IMG/VR virus record: IMGVR_UViG_3300025383_000009
Direction: 5' to 3' (one strand)
Length of the DNA stretch: 64,000 nt
Source of the DNA: a virus
Lineage: Duplodnaviria; Caudoviricetes
Shown here one piece after another: positions 39,528 through 47,570 of the stretch; the stretch's first letter is position 1; the number at the start of each line of letters is the position of its first letter. A model generated the notes under the pieces. The model was not told the DNA's origin. It was given only the letters and a program-made list of their open reading frames with translations, and ran no database searches. The position numbers were made by a program, and so were the translations under genes.

Positions 39528-39727
39528 GCTTTAATCTCCTCTGCTTCCATATCATGATACCACACTTCCCTAGTTTCCCATCCGTCTTCCTCATAGAGGA
39601 CATTTGGATCTCCACTAGAATTCATTACTATTTCCATTGCCTCTTCAGCAGAGTCAGCCTCGATTGTATGAACCTCGGTCTCGATAAACTCTACCAATTT
39701 TGGTAGCCTTACTGTAAACTTAGCCAT
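39524..39727 (-). CDS. Small acidic hypothetical protein
   Basis: IEADSAEEAME motif; GGAG RBS. Confidence 0.6.
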   Translation of the reverse strand: MAKFTVRLPKLVEFIETEVHTIEADSAEEAMEIVMNSSGDPNVLYEEDGWETREVWYHDMEAEEIKA

Positions 39728-39860
39728 TTTATTTTCTCTCCAAAATATAGAGCCCGATGGTTATTATTACTAGTCCGATCCAGAGCCCTATTAAAAGTGT
39801 TATTAAATTATTCATAGTGTAGCCATCCTAACATATCCATACCAAAAGTCAAGCATTATT

Positions 39861-40184
39861 TTAGCGGTATAGATAGCCACCTGCCCAATCAGCGATTTCC
39901 TTCAATAATTCTAGATCCTTAACGATATTGAAACGGACACCCTTGGCAGGGGCTTTAAAGCTAGCTGCCTTATAGATATCGCCAGTCGCCTTCTCCACGA
40001 AGCAGTGGACAGAGCCTGAAAACTTAACCAATTGGCCTGTCTCCACATCATAGTCATGGCGGACAAGCTTATAAAAGCGCTTGCCTTCTTGGATATCAAT
40101 CTTCAATACATTATGAGTCCACTTGGCAGCATAATTGTCCTCGATAACCTCACCTAAAACCTTACAAAATCCTAAAACCGTCAT
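39861..40184 (-). CDS. Conserved phage hypothetical protein
   Basis: GSVHCFVEKATGDIYKAAS.KAPAK.VR.N pattern. Confidence 0.7.
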   Translation of the reverse strand: MTVLGFCKVLGEVIEDNYAAKWTHNVLKIDIQEGKRFYKLVRHDYDVETGQLVKFSGSVHCFVEKATGDIYKAASFKAPAKGVRFNIVKDLELLKEIADWAGGYLYR

Positions 40185-40242
40185 ATTTTTCTCCTTATTC
40201 ATTATGTTACCATTATATCAGAACTGGCAAAAAAGTCAAGCA

Positions 40243-40428
40243 TTAATTGAAATAATCGCCAGGGCTACAATAGTATGAATTTTCAAGCATAGGCATATCC
40301 ATCCAAGCATATGGCCCCATGTTTAAGGCATCCATAACCTGACGGTTCATCCATTGCATGGCTGAGCCAGCATCGGGTGCCTCCACATCATAGATGTTAT
40401 TCAATACATGAAAGTGGTATAATTGCAT
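40243..40428 (-). CDS. Small hypothetical protein
   Basis: AAGGAG RBS and its own cassette promoter. Confidence 0.6.
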   Translation of the reverse strand: MQLYHFHVLNNIYDVEAPDAGSAMQWMNRQVMDALNMGPYAWMDMPMLENSYYCSPGDYFN

Positions 40429-40652
40429 TTTTTATCTCCTTTGTCATTATGTTACCATTATACATGATTCCTACCAAAAGTCAAGCATTTTTTAGCCCCA
40501 AATAGTGCTTGACTTTCCCCTTGGATATGATATAATGGTTCCACACCGCCCCTGCGTGCTAGCTCCAATATGACCGTTTTATGACCAAAAATAGTGCTTG
40601 ACTTTCCTGCCAATTAGTGTAGAATGGTACTTGAATTAATAAGGAGATATAA

Positions 40653-41369
40653 ATGTTATTGACTAGAGGCAATCCAAAAATCATGAAGGGCGAAAAGAAG
40701 GGCTACCTAACCAGTATCCTCCATTTAGCACCTGCTGACTTATCAGGCCACCAAACCTGTCCTAAGGCAACCGCAGGCTGTAAAGCTGCTTGCTTGAATA
40801 CAGCAGGCCGTGGTGGTATATTCAAGAAGGGCGAAAATACCAATGTAATTCAGCAAGCCCGTATCCGTAAAACCAAGCGCTTTTTTGAAGCTCGTGAGCA
40901 ATTCATGGAAGAGCTAGCACTTGAAATACAGAGCACCATCAAATATGCTGAAAAGAAGGGATTAATCCCTGTATTCCGTTTAAACGGCACCAGTGATATC
41001 GCATGGGAGAAAATCAGAGTAGGACAATACCGCAACATGATGGAAGCATTTCCTACTGTCCAATTCTATGATTACACCAAAATAGTCGGTCGCACTGTAC
41101 CATTCAATTATAACCTAACCTTTTCTGCTGCTGACGGAAACGACCACGATGTTTACCGTGCTATCGAGCAAGGTTATAATGTAGCAGCAGTATTTGATAA
41201 GGGCTTACCAGAGCAGTACCTAGGTCTCCCTGTGATTAATGCTGATGACACCGACCTTCGCTTCCTTGATCCTAAGGGTGTTATTGCCGGTCTCAAGGCG
41301 AAGGGCAAGGCTAAGAAGGACACCAGTGGTTTTGTCAAGAAAACCATACCAATCGCACTAGCTGCTTAA
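40653..41369 (+). CDS. Gp88-like protein, probable non-canonical radical-SAM/Fe-S
   Basis: CPKATAGCKAAC, FRLNGTSD, FYDYTK, LTFS and DLRFLD. Confidence 0.65.
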   Translation: MLLTRGNPKIMKGEKKGYLTSILHLAPADLSGHQTCPKATAGCKAACLNTAGRGGIFKKGENTNVIQQARIRKTKRFFEAREQFMEELALEIQSTIKYAEKKGLIPVFRLNGTSDIAWEKIRVGQYRNMMEAFPTVQFYDYTKIVGRTVPFNYNLTFSAADGNDHDVYRAIEQGYNVAAVFDKGLPEQYLGLPVINADDTDLRFLDPKGVIAGLKAKGKAKKDTSGFVKKTIPIALAA

Positions 41370-41552
41370 TCAAATAGAAGTCAGGCACCCCAAAAAGTGC
41401 TTGACTTTTTTATTGGATCGTGTATAATGGTATTTACCGGTTGGAGAGGAGAGCAGAGGTTGCGTGCTATTCTTATAGTATAGTCCGCTCGAAAGTGCTT
41501 GACATTTTTGCCATTTCATGTATAATAGCAGTTTAATAATAAGGAGATAAGA

Positions 41553-41699
41553 ATGACTATAACACGGAACCCAAATACGGGTGTTATAGAGGTGTCCGAT
41601 ATCATTAATAATCAATTGGTATCCATGCGCTTCTATTTTTGTGATAAGAAGTCAGCAGTAGCAGGCTTCAAGGAATATGTAAAGGCTATCACAAAATAA
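41553..41699 (+). CDS. Small protein (48 aa)
   Basis: AAGGAG RBS; promoter at 41499. Confidence 0.6.
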   Translation: MTITRNPNTGVIEVSDIINNQLVSMRFYFCDKKSAVAGFKEYVKAITK

Positions 41700-41702
41700 T
41701 AT

Positions 41703-41827
41703 CAGAGGTGCTCGGAAGTTCCTCAGGATACCTCTGGAACTTTCGGTATCGTGCTGAGAAACTAACACCAATACAGGAGCACTGGCCAGCGAAGGCCATG
41801 GCGAGGTATTACACGCAGGCGCCTCGC
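41703..41827 (+). ncRNA. Candidate structured intergenic RNA
   Basis: GC-rich; stems 41712-41722/41736-41746, 41703-41709/41730-41736 and 41801-41806/41822-41827. Confidence 0.35.
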
Positions 41828-41976
41828 TAAGTCCGTGAGGTATCATTGAGGTACTTGAGGTAAGACTATTGAGGTACTATACAGGTTTTAATGAGGTAAA
41901 AGTATCCAAATAATGCTTGACATTCTATCCAAATATGATATAATGGTAACATTAATAATAAGTGAGGTAAAGTAAT

Positions 41977-42156
41977 ATGACTGGTAAGACTATTTTTGAG
42001 GTAAAGAGGTTATCTACTGATGCACCAGAGGTAACGGTTCAATTGGATTATGATGAGTTGGAGTATATGTTTTATGCTATACGGAACATTGATCCAGATT
42101 ATTATAATGAGGATATCGTTAATAAGATAGGAAGGTTATTTGATTATGATAGTTGA
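41977..42156 (+). CDS. Small acidic protein (59 aa)
   Basis: GAGGT RBS; promoter at 41917. Confidence 0.55.
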   Translation: MTGKTIFEVKRLSTDAPEVTVQLDYDELEYMFYAIRNIDPDYYNEDIVNKIGRLFDYDS

Positions 42157-42526
42157 TAAGATGCCGGCAGGTAAGTATTATGTGGGAGACCTATGCTATG
42201 TTATGCACAATGAATGGGACGAAGCATGTAATATAATGTTCGATCCAACCAATGGTGACCCAGGCGAAGGTGTATTTTCATTAAAAGATGGTCGTAAGTT
42301 TGCTATCTTTGGTACAGCTTATGGTGATGGTGTTTACAATGACCAAGAAGGTCGTGAATATGCTGTGGATTCTGGTTCAATCGGTTGTATCAAGGTTGAG
42401 GATATCAATCAGGACGAAATCCGTGAGGACTTAGGCAATATCATTGATTTTCCTAATGACTTCTATGTTATTAAAAAGAACGGTGGCGAATTGATTTTTG
42501 GTAGAGTATGGATCGATACCGAATAG
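42140..42526 (+). CDS. Conserved phage hypothetical protein
   Basis: YYVGDLCYV, TAYGDG.Y.D and VDSGSIG. Confidence 0.7.
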   Translation: MIMIVDKMPAGKYYVGDLCYVMHNEWDEACNIMFDPTNGDPGEGVFSLKDGRKFAIFGTAYGDGVYNDQEGREYAVDSGSIGCIKVEDINQDEIREDLGNIIDFPNDFYVIKKNGGELIFGRVWIDTE

Positions 42527-42593
42527 GCTAAATAATGCTTGACTTTTGGTATGGATGTGATATAATGGTTGTATTGAAATTAGGGAGGTAAGT

Positions 42594-42839
42594 ATGGTAG
42601 CGTTTTCATTGAATACTAGAACTGGTGAGACCAGAAACTTGGATGACGGTTCGCTTCGTAAGATAGAACTAACCGAGGTTGAGGTAAAGACTATTTTAGA
42701 ACTGGTTAGAAGTGAGATATTTTTAAACGGTGATAGAATGCCAATGGACAAGTTGGAAGTGCTTGACGATATTATACAGGCGCTTGCTTACGAGGAAGAA
42801 CCCGAAGGCAATTGGACTAATTCTTATTATAGACCATAG
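42594..42839 (+). CDS. Hypothetical early protein
   Basis: GGAGG RBS; promoter at 42539. Confidence 0.6.
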   Translation: MVAFSLNTRTGETRNLDDGSLRKIELTEVEVKTILELVRSEIFLNGDRMPMDKLEVLDDIIQALAYEEEPEGNWTNSYYRP

Positions 42840-42841
42840 GA

Positions 42842-43072
42842 GTGAATATGAACTTAAAACCATTTAGAGTAGAAGGTGAAGAAGCCCGTTATAAGAATAT
42901 ACCAATACGCCGATTGGATGAGGTAAGGGCTTATTTCAAATCTCAAGGTAAAAAAATTCGGGTGAGGTTCAGAGGTAGCAGAACTAACCCGTTGGATCGA
43001 AGGTCGCCTAACCAAAGGTACCAAGATTGCGTAAGAATGTTTGCCGATAGATTTTCGGTATACATGAGGTAA
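42842..43072 (+). CDS. Small basic protein
   Basis: Arg-rich; AGGAG RBS. Confidence 0.55.
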   Translation: MNMNLKPFRVEGEEARYKNIPIRRLDEVRAYFKSQGKKIRVRFRGSRTNPLDRRSPNQRYQDCVRMFADRFSVYMR

Positions 43073-43167
43073 AGTACCAAAATAATGCTTGACTTTTATA
43101 GTGGAAAGTGTATAATGGTACATTGTAGTATGAGTAGTTTATTATTAATTTTGAGGAGTATTATATT

Positions 43168-43542
43168 ATGGCAACATTAAAAATCAGAAAAGGCAAAACT
43201 AATCGCCACGAGAAAATCACGCAAGTGCTTTTATCTGGCAAAGTAGTATCGCCTGACGAAATCAAAGCAGTATTCAAAGGCACAGACCAAGAAGCGGTGT
43301 TATATCGCTTATCAACCAATATTTACAATATTCGCCGTGACGGTGGCATTGTTAAGGTTGTAAAAGATGGTCGTAAGGTGACTGGTTATCAATTGGTTAA
43401 TCCAGATGCTTTTGATGCTAACGGTCGTTACAAGCAAGTTAAAGCTAAGGTTACAACAACCGCTAAGGTTGAGGTAAAGGCTGCTGAACCTGCTAAGGTA
43501 AAACCAGTAGCACAAGACAAAAAAGTAGCTCTCGCTGCTTAA
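43168..43542 (+). CDS. Probable winged-helix DNA-binding protein with Lys/Ala tail
   Basis: Helix-helix-RLSTNIYNIRRDG followed by beta hairpin GRKVTGYQL; GAGGAG RBS. Confidence 0.55.
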   Translation: MATLKIRKGKTNRHEKITQVLLSGKVVSPDEIKAVFKGTDQEAVLYRLSTNIYNIRRDGGIVKVVKDGRKVTGYQLVNPDAFDANGRYKQVKAKVTTTAKVEVKAAEPAKVKPVAQDKKVALAA

Positions 43543-43554
43543 TGTTAAGACTTT

Positions 43555-43650
43555 TGGCAGCTCAGTCATTAAAGAAACTGCCATTTTTAAAGCACATTCC
43601 AATCCAATTTCTTGGTAGCAAAGGCTTAATGCCGAGTGTGCTTTAAAAAT
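43555..43650 (+). ncRNA. Candidate structured RNA: small hairpin plus 17-bp stem closing a three-way junction
   Basis: 43583-43599 pairs with 43634-43650; inner hairpins CCAA/TTGG and GGC/GCC. Confidence 0.45.
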
Positions 43651-43671
43651 AAACTAAACGGGAGAAGTAAA

Positions 43672-44076
43672 ATGGCTTACATGAATCAATCTAAAAAGAA
43701 AGTAATTGCAGAGAACTTGAAACCTATACTCAAGAAGTATGGCATCAAAGGTTCATTATCGGTTAGAAACCATAGCACGATTAAACTATCAATTAAAGAA
43801 GGCTCGATTGACTTTCTATCTAACATTAAAGCAAATACAGGCAACGATTATCGCTTTCATTTGGATGCTGGTTATGTTGATGTGAACCCTTATTGGTATC
43901 ATCAGCACTTTTCTGGCAAGGCGAAAGAATTTTTAGAGACCGTATTCAAAGCGATGAAGTCAGCTGATTGGTATGATGAAAGTAATGCTCAAATAGATTA
44001 TTTTAATACTGCCTATTATGTTGATGTGAATATCGGCGATTGGAAGAAACCTTATAAATTAGTGGAGGGCAATTAA
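43672..44076 (+). CDS. Conserved phage hypothetical protein
   Basis: MAYMNQ..K, LSVRNHST and DYFNTAYY..VNIG.W.KPY. Confidence 0.7.
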   Translation: MAYMNQSKKKVIAENLKPILKKYGIKGSLSVRNHSTIKLSIKEGSIDFLSNIKANTGNDYRFHLDAGYVDVNPYWYHQHFSGKAKEFLETVFKAMKSADWYDESNAQIDYFNTAYYVDVNIGDWKKPYKLVEGN

Positions 44077-44077
44077 G

Positions 44078-44614
44078 ATGCCAAATTGGTGCTCAAATAG
44101 TGTTAGCATTACAGCAACACCTGAAAAGATGGACAGGTTAGAAACTTTTCTAAAGAATGGTGAAGGCAAGAATTGGTTTGATTTCTTTATGCCATGCCCA
44201 CAAGAATTGGTTGATGTAGAATCACCTAACCGTAATGAGGCATTAGCCGCTGAGATGCAAGAGAAGTATGGTGCACCTGATTGGTATAGCTGGTCAGTCA
44301 GTAATTGGGGAACAAAATGGAATGCCGATGCTAATAATTGGCGTAGAGAAGGTGACACCATAACCTTTAGTTGTGAAACGGCATGGGCACCACCAACGAA
44401 CTTATATCATTGGATGTTTGAACATGGCTGGGATGTTTCTGCTACATACATTGAAGAAGGTATGTCATTTGTCGGTGAATACTATGACGGTCAGGACGCA
44501 TCGTATGAACTTGATTATGAGGACTTGAGTAATATACCTCAGCATCTGGTTGAAGATTTCAATCTAGAACAAATAGCTGAGGATTGGAAAGAAATGATGG
44601 CGGAGGATCAATAA
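44078..44614 (+). CDS. DUF1281/YubB (Api92-like) ferredoxin-like domain protein
   Basis: MPNWCSN, DWYSW...NWGTKW and ETAWAPP. Confidence 0.75.
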   Translation: MPNWCSNSVSITATPEKMDRLETFLKNGEGKNWFDFFMPCPQELVDVESPNRNEALAAEMQEKYGAPDWYSWSVSNWGTKWNADANNWRREGDTITFSCETAWAPPTNLYHWMFEHGWDVSATYIEEGMSFVGEYYDGQDASYELDYEDLSNIPQHLVEDFNLEQIAEDWKEMMAEDQ

Positions 44615-44808
44615 TGAAAGATATAGAATGGGCATTGGCAATAACAGCAGCAGTAGTATTAGTAGTATTATGCTTATGTTGGTCATTGGTTGTTATATGG
44701 GCATGGGATACAATCTTTCCTGCCTTGTATATTGATTATACATGGCGAAATTGGTTAGCAGTATCAATTCTAATCAGTATATTTAAAAACTATACAATCA
44801 AAAAATAA
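44614..44808 (+). CDS. Small membrane protein
   Basis: Two hydrophobic helices. Confidence 0.55.
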   Translation: MKDIEWALAITAAVVLVVLCLCWSLVVIWAWDTIFPALYIDYTWRNWLAVSILISIFKNYTIKK

Positions 44809-44944
44809 CCTAATTACAGGTAGGTTAAGGCCTGTAACCAGAGCAGACTGGATCGAGTTAATCGACCGTAACGAGCCAATTGGACTACCGAGTTTGGTAA
44901 GCAATCTCTGCGATACTTGGCAGGAGGGCGGCTAAATACTGCCC
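44807..44944 (+). ncRNA. Candidate structured RNA/leader with pseudoknot-like pairing
   Basis: AACCTA/TAGGTT crossing TTACAGG/CCTGTAA; further hairpins to 44944; GC-rich. Confidence 0.4.
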
Positions 44945-44969
44945 GATATCTTATTGGCTAATAATAGAA

Positions 44970-45743
44970 TTGGAAAACATTGTGAAGTTAGCGATTGCAA
45001 GTGATTTACATTTAGAACATAGAGACCTCACATTAAATAATGATGAGAATGCTGATGTATTGATTTTAGCTGGCGATATATGTTCAGCAAAGCATTTTAA
45101 AATAGATTTTTTTGAAGATATATCAAAAAAGTTTAGAGATATTGTATATGTGGTTGGTAATCACGAGCATTATAATTATCTATACAATGACACGGTAAAA
45201 GATATCACAGATAAGTTAAAACACTTGGATAATATTCGTGTTCTTAATAATCAAGCGGCCAAAATTGGTGATATTAATTTTATTGGTTCAACCATGTGGA
45301 CTAATATGAATAATTCTGATAAGTATACAATGGAATTAATTAAGCCTTCAATGCCTGATTGGAGAATTATTAAATACTTTGATGGTGAAAATTATATTAA
45401 GTATTCACCTGAACAATCAGTTAAAGAACATAATAAGAGTATAGATTTTATTGCAACAATGCTTGAAAGTTTATCAGGTAAAAAAGTTGTTATAACACAC
45501 CATTCACCTAGCCGTAATTCTGTTCACCCACGATATGAAAATGACAGCATAATGAACGGTGGTTTTCATAGTAATCTGGATTATCTTATGAACTTATTTA
45601 AAGATGTTAAGTTATGGGTTCATGGGCACACTCACGATCCTTTCGATTATACAATTAGTGAAACAAGAGTGATTTGTAACCCAAGAGCTTATCCAAAAGA
45701 ATATCAACATGACCTATTTAAATTGAAATATATAGAAGTATAA
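44970..45743 (+). CDS. Calcineurin-like metallophosphoesterase
   Basis: SDLHLE, LAGDI, GNHEHY, THHSP and HGHTH; start TTG 44970 or GTG 44982. Confidence 0.9.
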   Translation: MENIVKLAIASDLHLEHRDLTLNNDENADVLILAGDICSAKHFKIDFFEDISKKFRDIVYVVGNHEHYNYLYNDTVKDITDKLKHLDNIRVLNNQAAKIGDINFIGSTMWTNMNNSDKYTMELIKPSMPDWRIIKYFDGENYIKYSPEQSVKEHNKSIDFIATMLESLSGKKVVITHHSPSRNSVHPRYENDSIMNGGFHSNLDYLMNLFKDVKLWVHGHTHDPFDYTISETRVICNPRAYPKEYQHDLFKLKYIEV

Positions 45744-45873
45744 TTAAGAAAAACAAATGAATGATTATCAAATAAAAGCATTTACAAATAGACTTAATAA
45801 ATTAGGCATAGATGTAACTTTTGCTGCCAATTATCCTTGGATATACTTTGATAATTGTAAGGAGAAAAAATAA

Positions 45874-46518
45874 ATGTTTATATACCAAAATCGACCAAAA
45901 GACAATTGGTTATCACCTTACACTATCGTTGAGAAGATAATCTTCTGGCGAGAGATTGAATACAAAGAACCAATGGTAAAATTTTGGCATGATGTATTAG
46001 AACCATTCTGTAATGCCCTTTTTGCTGTTAGAAACTTTATCAACCGTGATATTCGATATGTCAAGATTGATCCATGGGATACATGGTCAATGGATAATAC
46101 TTTGACCCATATCATTCTGCCTATGCTTATTCAGTTAAAGAAAACGAAACACGGTGCGCCTCATATTGATGATGTTGATGTGCCATCAAACTTACGAAGC
46201 ACAACGAAGTCCGCACAAAAGGCTAAAAAGAATATCTTGGCTGAAGCTGGCGATGGTAATTGGTTTAAGCGTTGGGATTATGTTTTATCTGAAATGATTT
46301 GGGCTTTCACCGAATTAAACAAAGAAGATTGGGCTGACAAATTTTGGTCAGGTAATATTGACCATATATGGATTGATTTGCCTGATGGTGGTGCTAAATT
46401 GAAAAAAGGTCCTAAGCATACACTTAAATTTGATAAAAAAGGCCACGATAAACATTGGGCTCGTATTCAAAATGGTTTAAGATTGTTTGGTAAATATTAT
46501 ACAGCATTATGGGATTAA
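45874..46518 (+). CDS. Conserved T4-like hypothetical protein
   Basis: WDTWSMD.TL..II.PML.QLK...HGAP...RW.YVL.EMIWAF...GL.LFGKYY..LWD. Confidence 0.7.
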   Translation: MFIYQNRPKDNWLSPYTIVEKIIFWREIEYKEPMVKFWHDVLEPFCNALFAVRNFINRDIRYVKIDPWDTWSMDNTLTHIILPMLIQLKKTKHGAPHIDDVDVPSNLRSTTKSAQKAKKNILAEAGDGNWFKRWDYVLSEMIWAFTELNKEDWADKFWSGNIDHIWIDLPDGGAKLKKGPKHTLKFDKKGHDKHWARIQNGLRLFGKYYTALWD

Positions 46519-46531
46519 TTAAGGAGAAAAT

Positions 46532-46717
46532 ATGAGTAACCGTTATATCGTAGTAAAGAATGAACAATTAGAAGATTTTCAAAACGAATGTTCACAAAAG
46601 TTGGAAGATGGTTATGTGCCATTAGGTGGTTTAGTTGTTAATAACGGCATCTATATGCAATCGTTTGAAAAACTACAAGACATGATGTTGAATGAACATT
46701 TTACAGGAAGTTATTAA
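46532..46717 (+). CDS. Small hypothetical protein
   Basis: AAGGAG RBS; L.DG..P.GG motif. Confidence 0.55.
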   Translation: MSNRYIVVKNEQLEDFQNECSQKLEDGYVPLGGLVVNNGIYMQSFEKLQDMMLNEHFTGSY

Positions 46718-46880
46718 AAAAATATGATACTTAAAACATTCAGTAAGGGAATAAAAACTGCCAATGTAACAAAATACGGAGGCGAGATTGAAGTAATGTA
46801 TTATATCAAAGAAGAATTTCAAAGAAGTGAATTATTCTATAAACAAGTAGATGCAGAAGAAGAAGCGGAGAAATGGATAA

Positions 46881-47066
46881 ATGAGTAAACCAGAATTAAA
46901 ACAAATCATTATTGATTCATTAGCATACGAAAAAGAAAGTATTCTACAATACAAGCATGCTGTGTTAAATGGTATTGAAGACTTTGACCATCCAGTTTTA
47001 GCAGACGCTGAAATAGTGCCAGCTTTAGAAAAGGTATTAGACCACTATAAAAAATACGCTAAATAA
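46881..47066 (+). CDS. Small hypothetical protein
   Basis: 61-aa ORF in co-oriented run. Confidence 0.45.
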   Translation: MSKPELKQIIIDSLAYEKESILQYKHAVLNGIEDFDHPVLADAEIVPALEKVLDHYKKYAK

Positions 47067-47261
47067 AAAAGAAAAGGAAAAAACTATGGCTAATATGGCA
47101 AGACCTGAAAAAATGAATGTGTATTATATCATGACAGAACAAAATGGCAAACCTGTATATCATGATGGTCCGTATTACAGTAGAGCAGAGGCAGAATCGG
47201 TTATGTCATTTGAAGACAGACCAGTTAAGTTAGCAAAACAAATTATTGATGTAGAGATATT

Positions 47262-47498
47262 ATGATTTCACCAGAATTACTTGAAGAAGTTTTTGTTGCC
47301 TACGCAGGCGAGAACTTTAGATACCCACCAGACCCGTTTGACCAATCCTACGAAGGTCTAATGTTTAAAGAATCCTACGATATCATTCGAGAGGACTTTA
47401 TCTATTCAAAATTACTTACCAATTACCTACGATATTGGTTTACCATTCGAGCATTAATACCAGATGGTAGTGATTATTATAATGATGGTACATATTAG
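47262..47498 (+). CDS. Small hypothetical protein
   Basis: 78-aa ORF in co-oriented run. Confidence 0.45.
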   Translation: MISPELLEEVFVAYAGENFRYPPDPFDQSYEGLMFKESYDIIREDFIYSKLLTNYLRYWFTIRALIPDGSDYYNDGTY

Positions 47499-47507
47499 CA
47501 TTTGGTA

Positions 47508-47542
47508 TTGATTTTTTCTCCAGTTGTGTTATAATGGTCTCA
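47508..47542 (+). promoter_or_regulatory. Promoter TTGATT-16-TATAAT
   Basis: Upstream of MoxR gene; TATAATGGTCTCA identical to 32194-32206. Confidence 0.6.
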
Positions 47543-47570
47543 CAATTAAATATGAGAGGCAAATAACATT

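Larger units (their letters stand above)
38646..43116. promoter_or_regulatory. Array of 14 related sigma70-type early promoters (GCTTGAC[T/A]-16-TANNNT, mostly TATAAT-GG)
   Basis: Minus -35 boxes at 38668, 39060, 39168, 39847, 40234, 40479; plus -35 boxes at 39199, 40509, 40598, 41401, 41499, 41917, 42539, 43089; every spacer counted as 16 bp. Confidence 0.9.
41836..43476 (+). repeat. Polarised TGAGGTA(AAG) repeats
   Basis: TGAGGTA at 41836, 41847, 41856, 41870, 41892, 41963, 41997, 42680, 42919, 43065, 43470. Confidence 0.8.

Noticed and set aside
41836-41898. Possible mini CRISPR array
   Set aside because: Repeat is only 7 nt with irregular 2-15 nt gaps; no cas genes; the 54409 exonuclease lacks the Cas4 cysteine cluster
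43583-43650. tRNA gene
   Set aside because: Only two short inner arms, no anticodon arm, no TTCGA T-loop; no canonical tRNA seen anywhere in the window
44797-44837. Stop-codon read-through or frameshift signal using the pseudoknot
   Set aside because: Structure begins on the stop codon itself with no spacer, and C AAA AAA is not a canonical slippery heptamer
45756-45872. 38-aa ORF MNDYQIK...NYPWIYFDNCKEKK
   Set aside because: Looks like a truncated remnant of a small phage gene; too little support for a functional call
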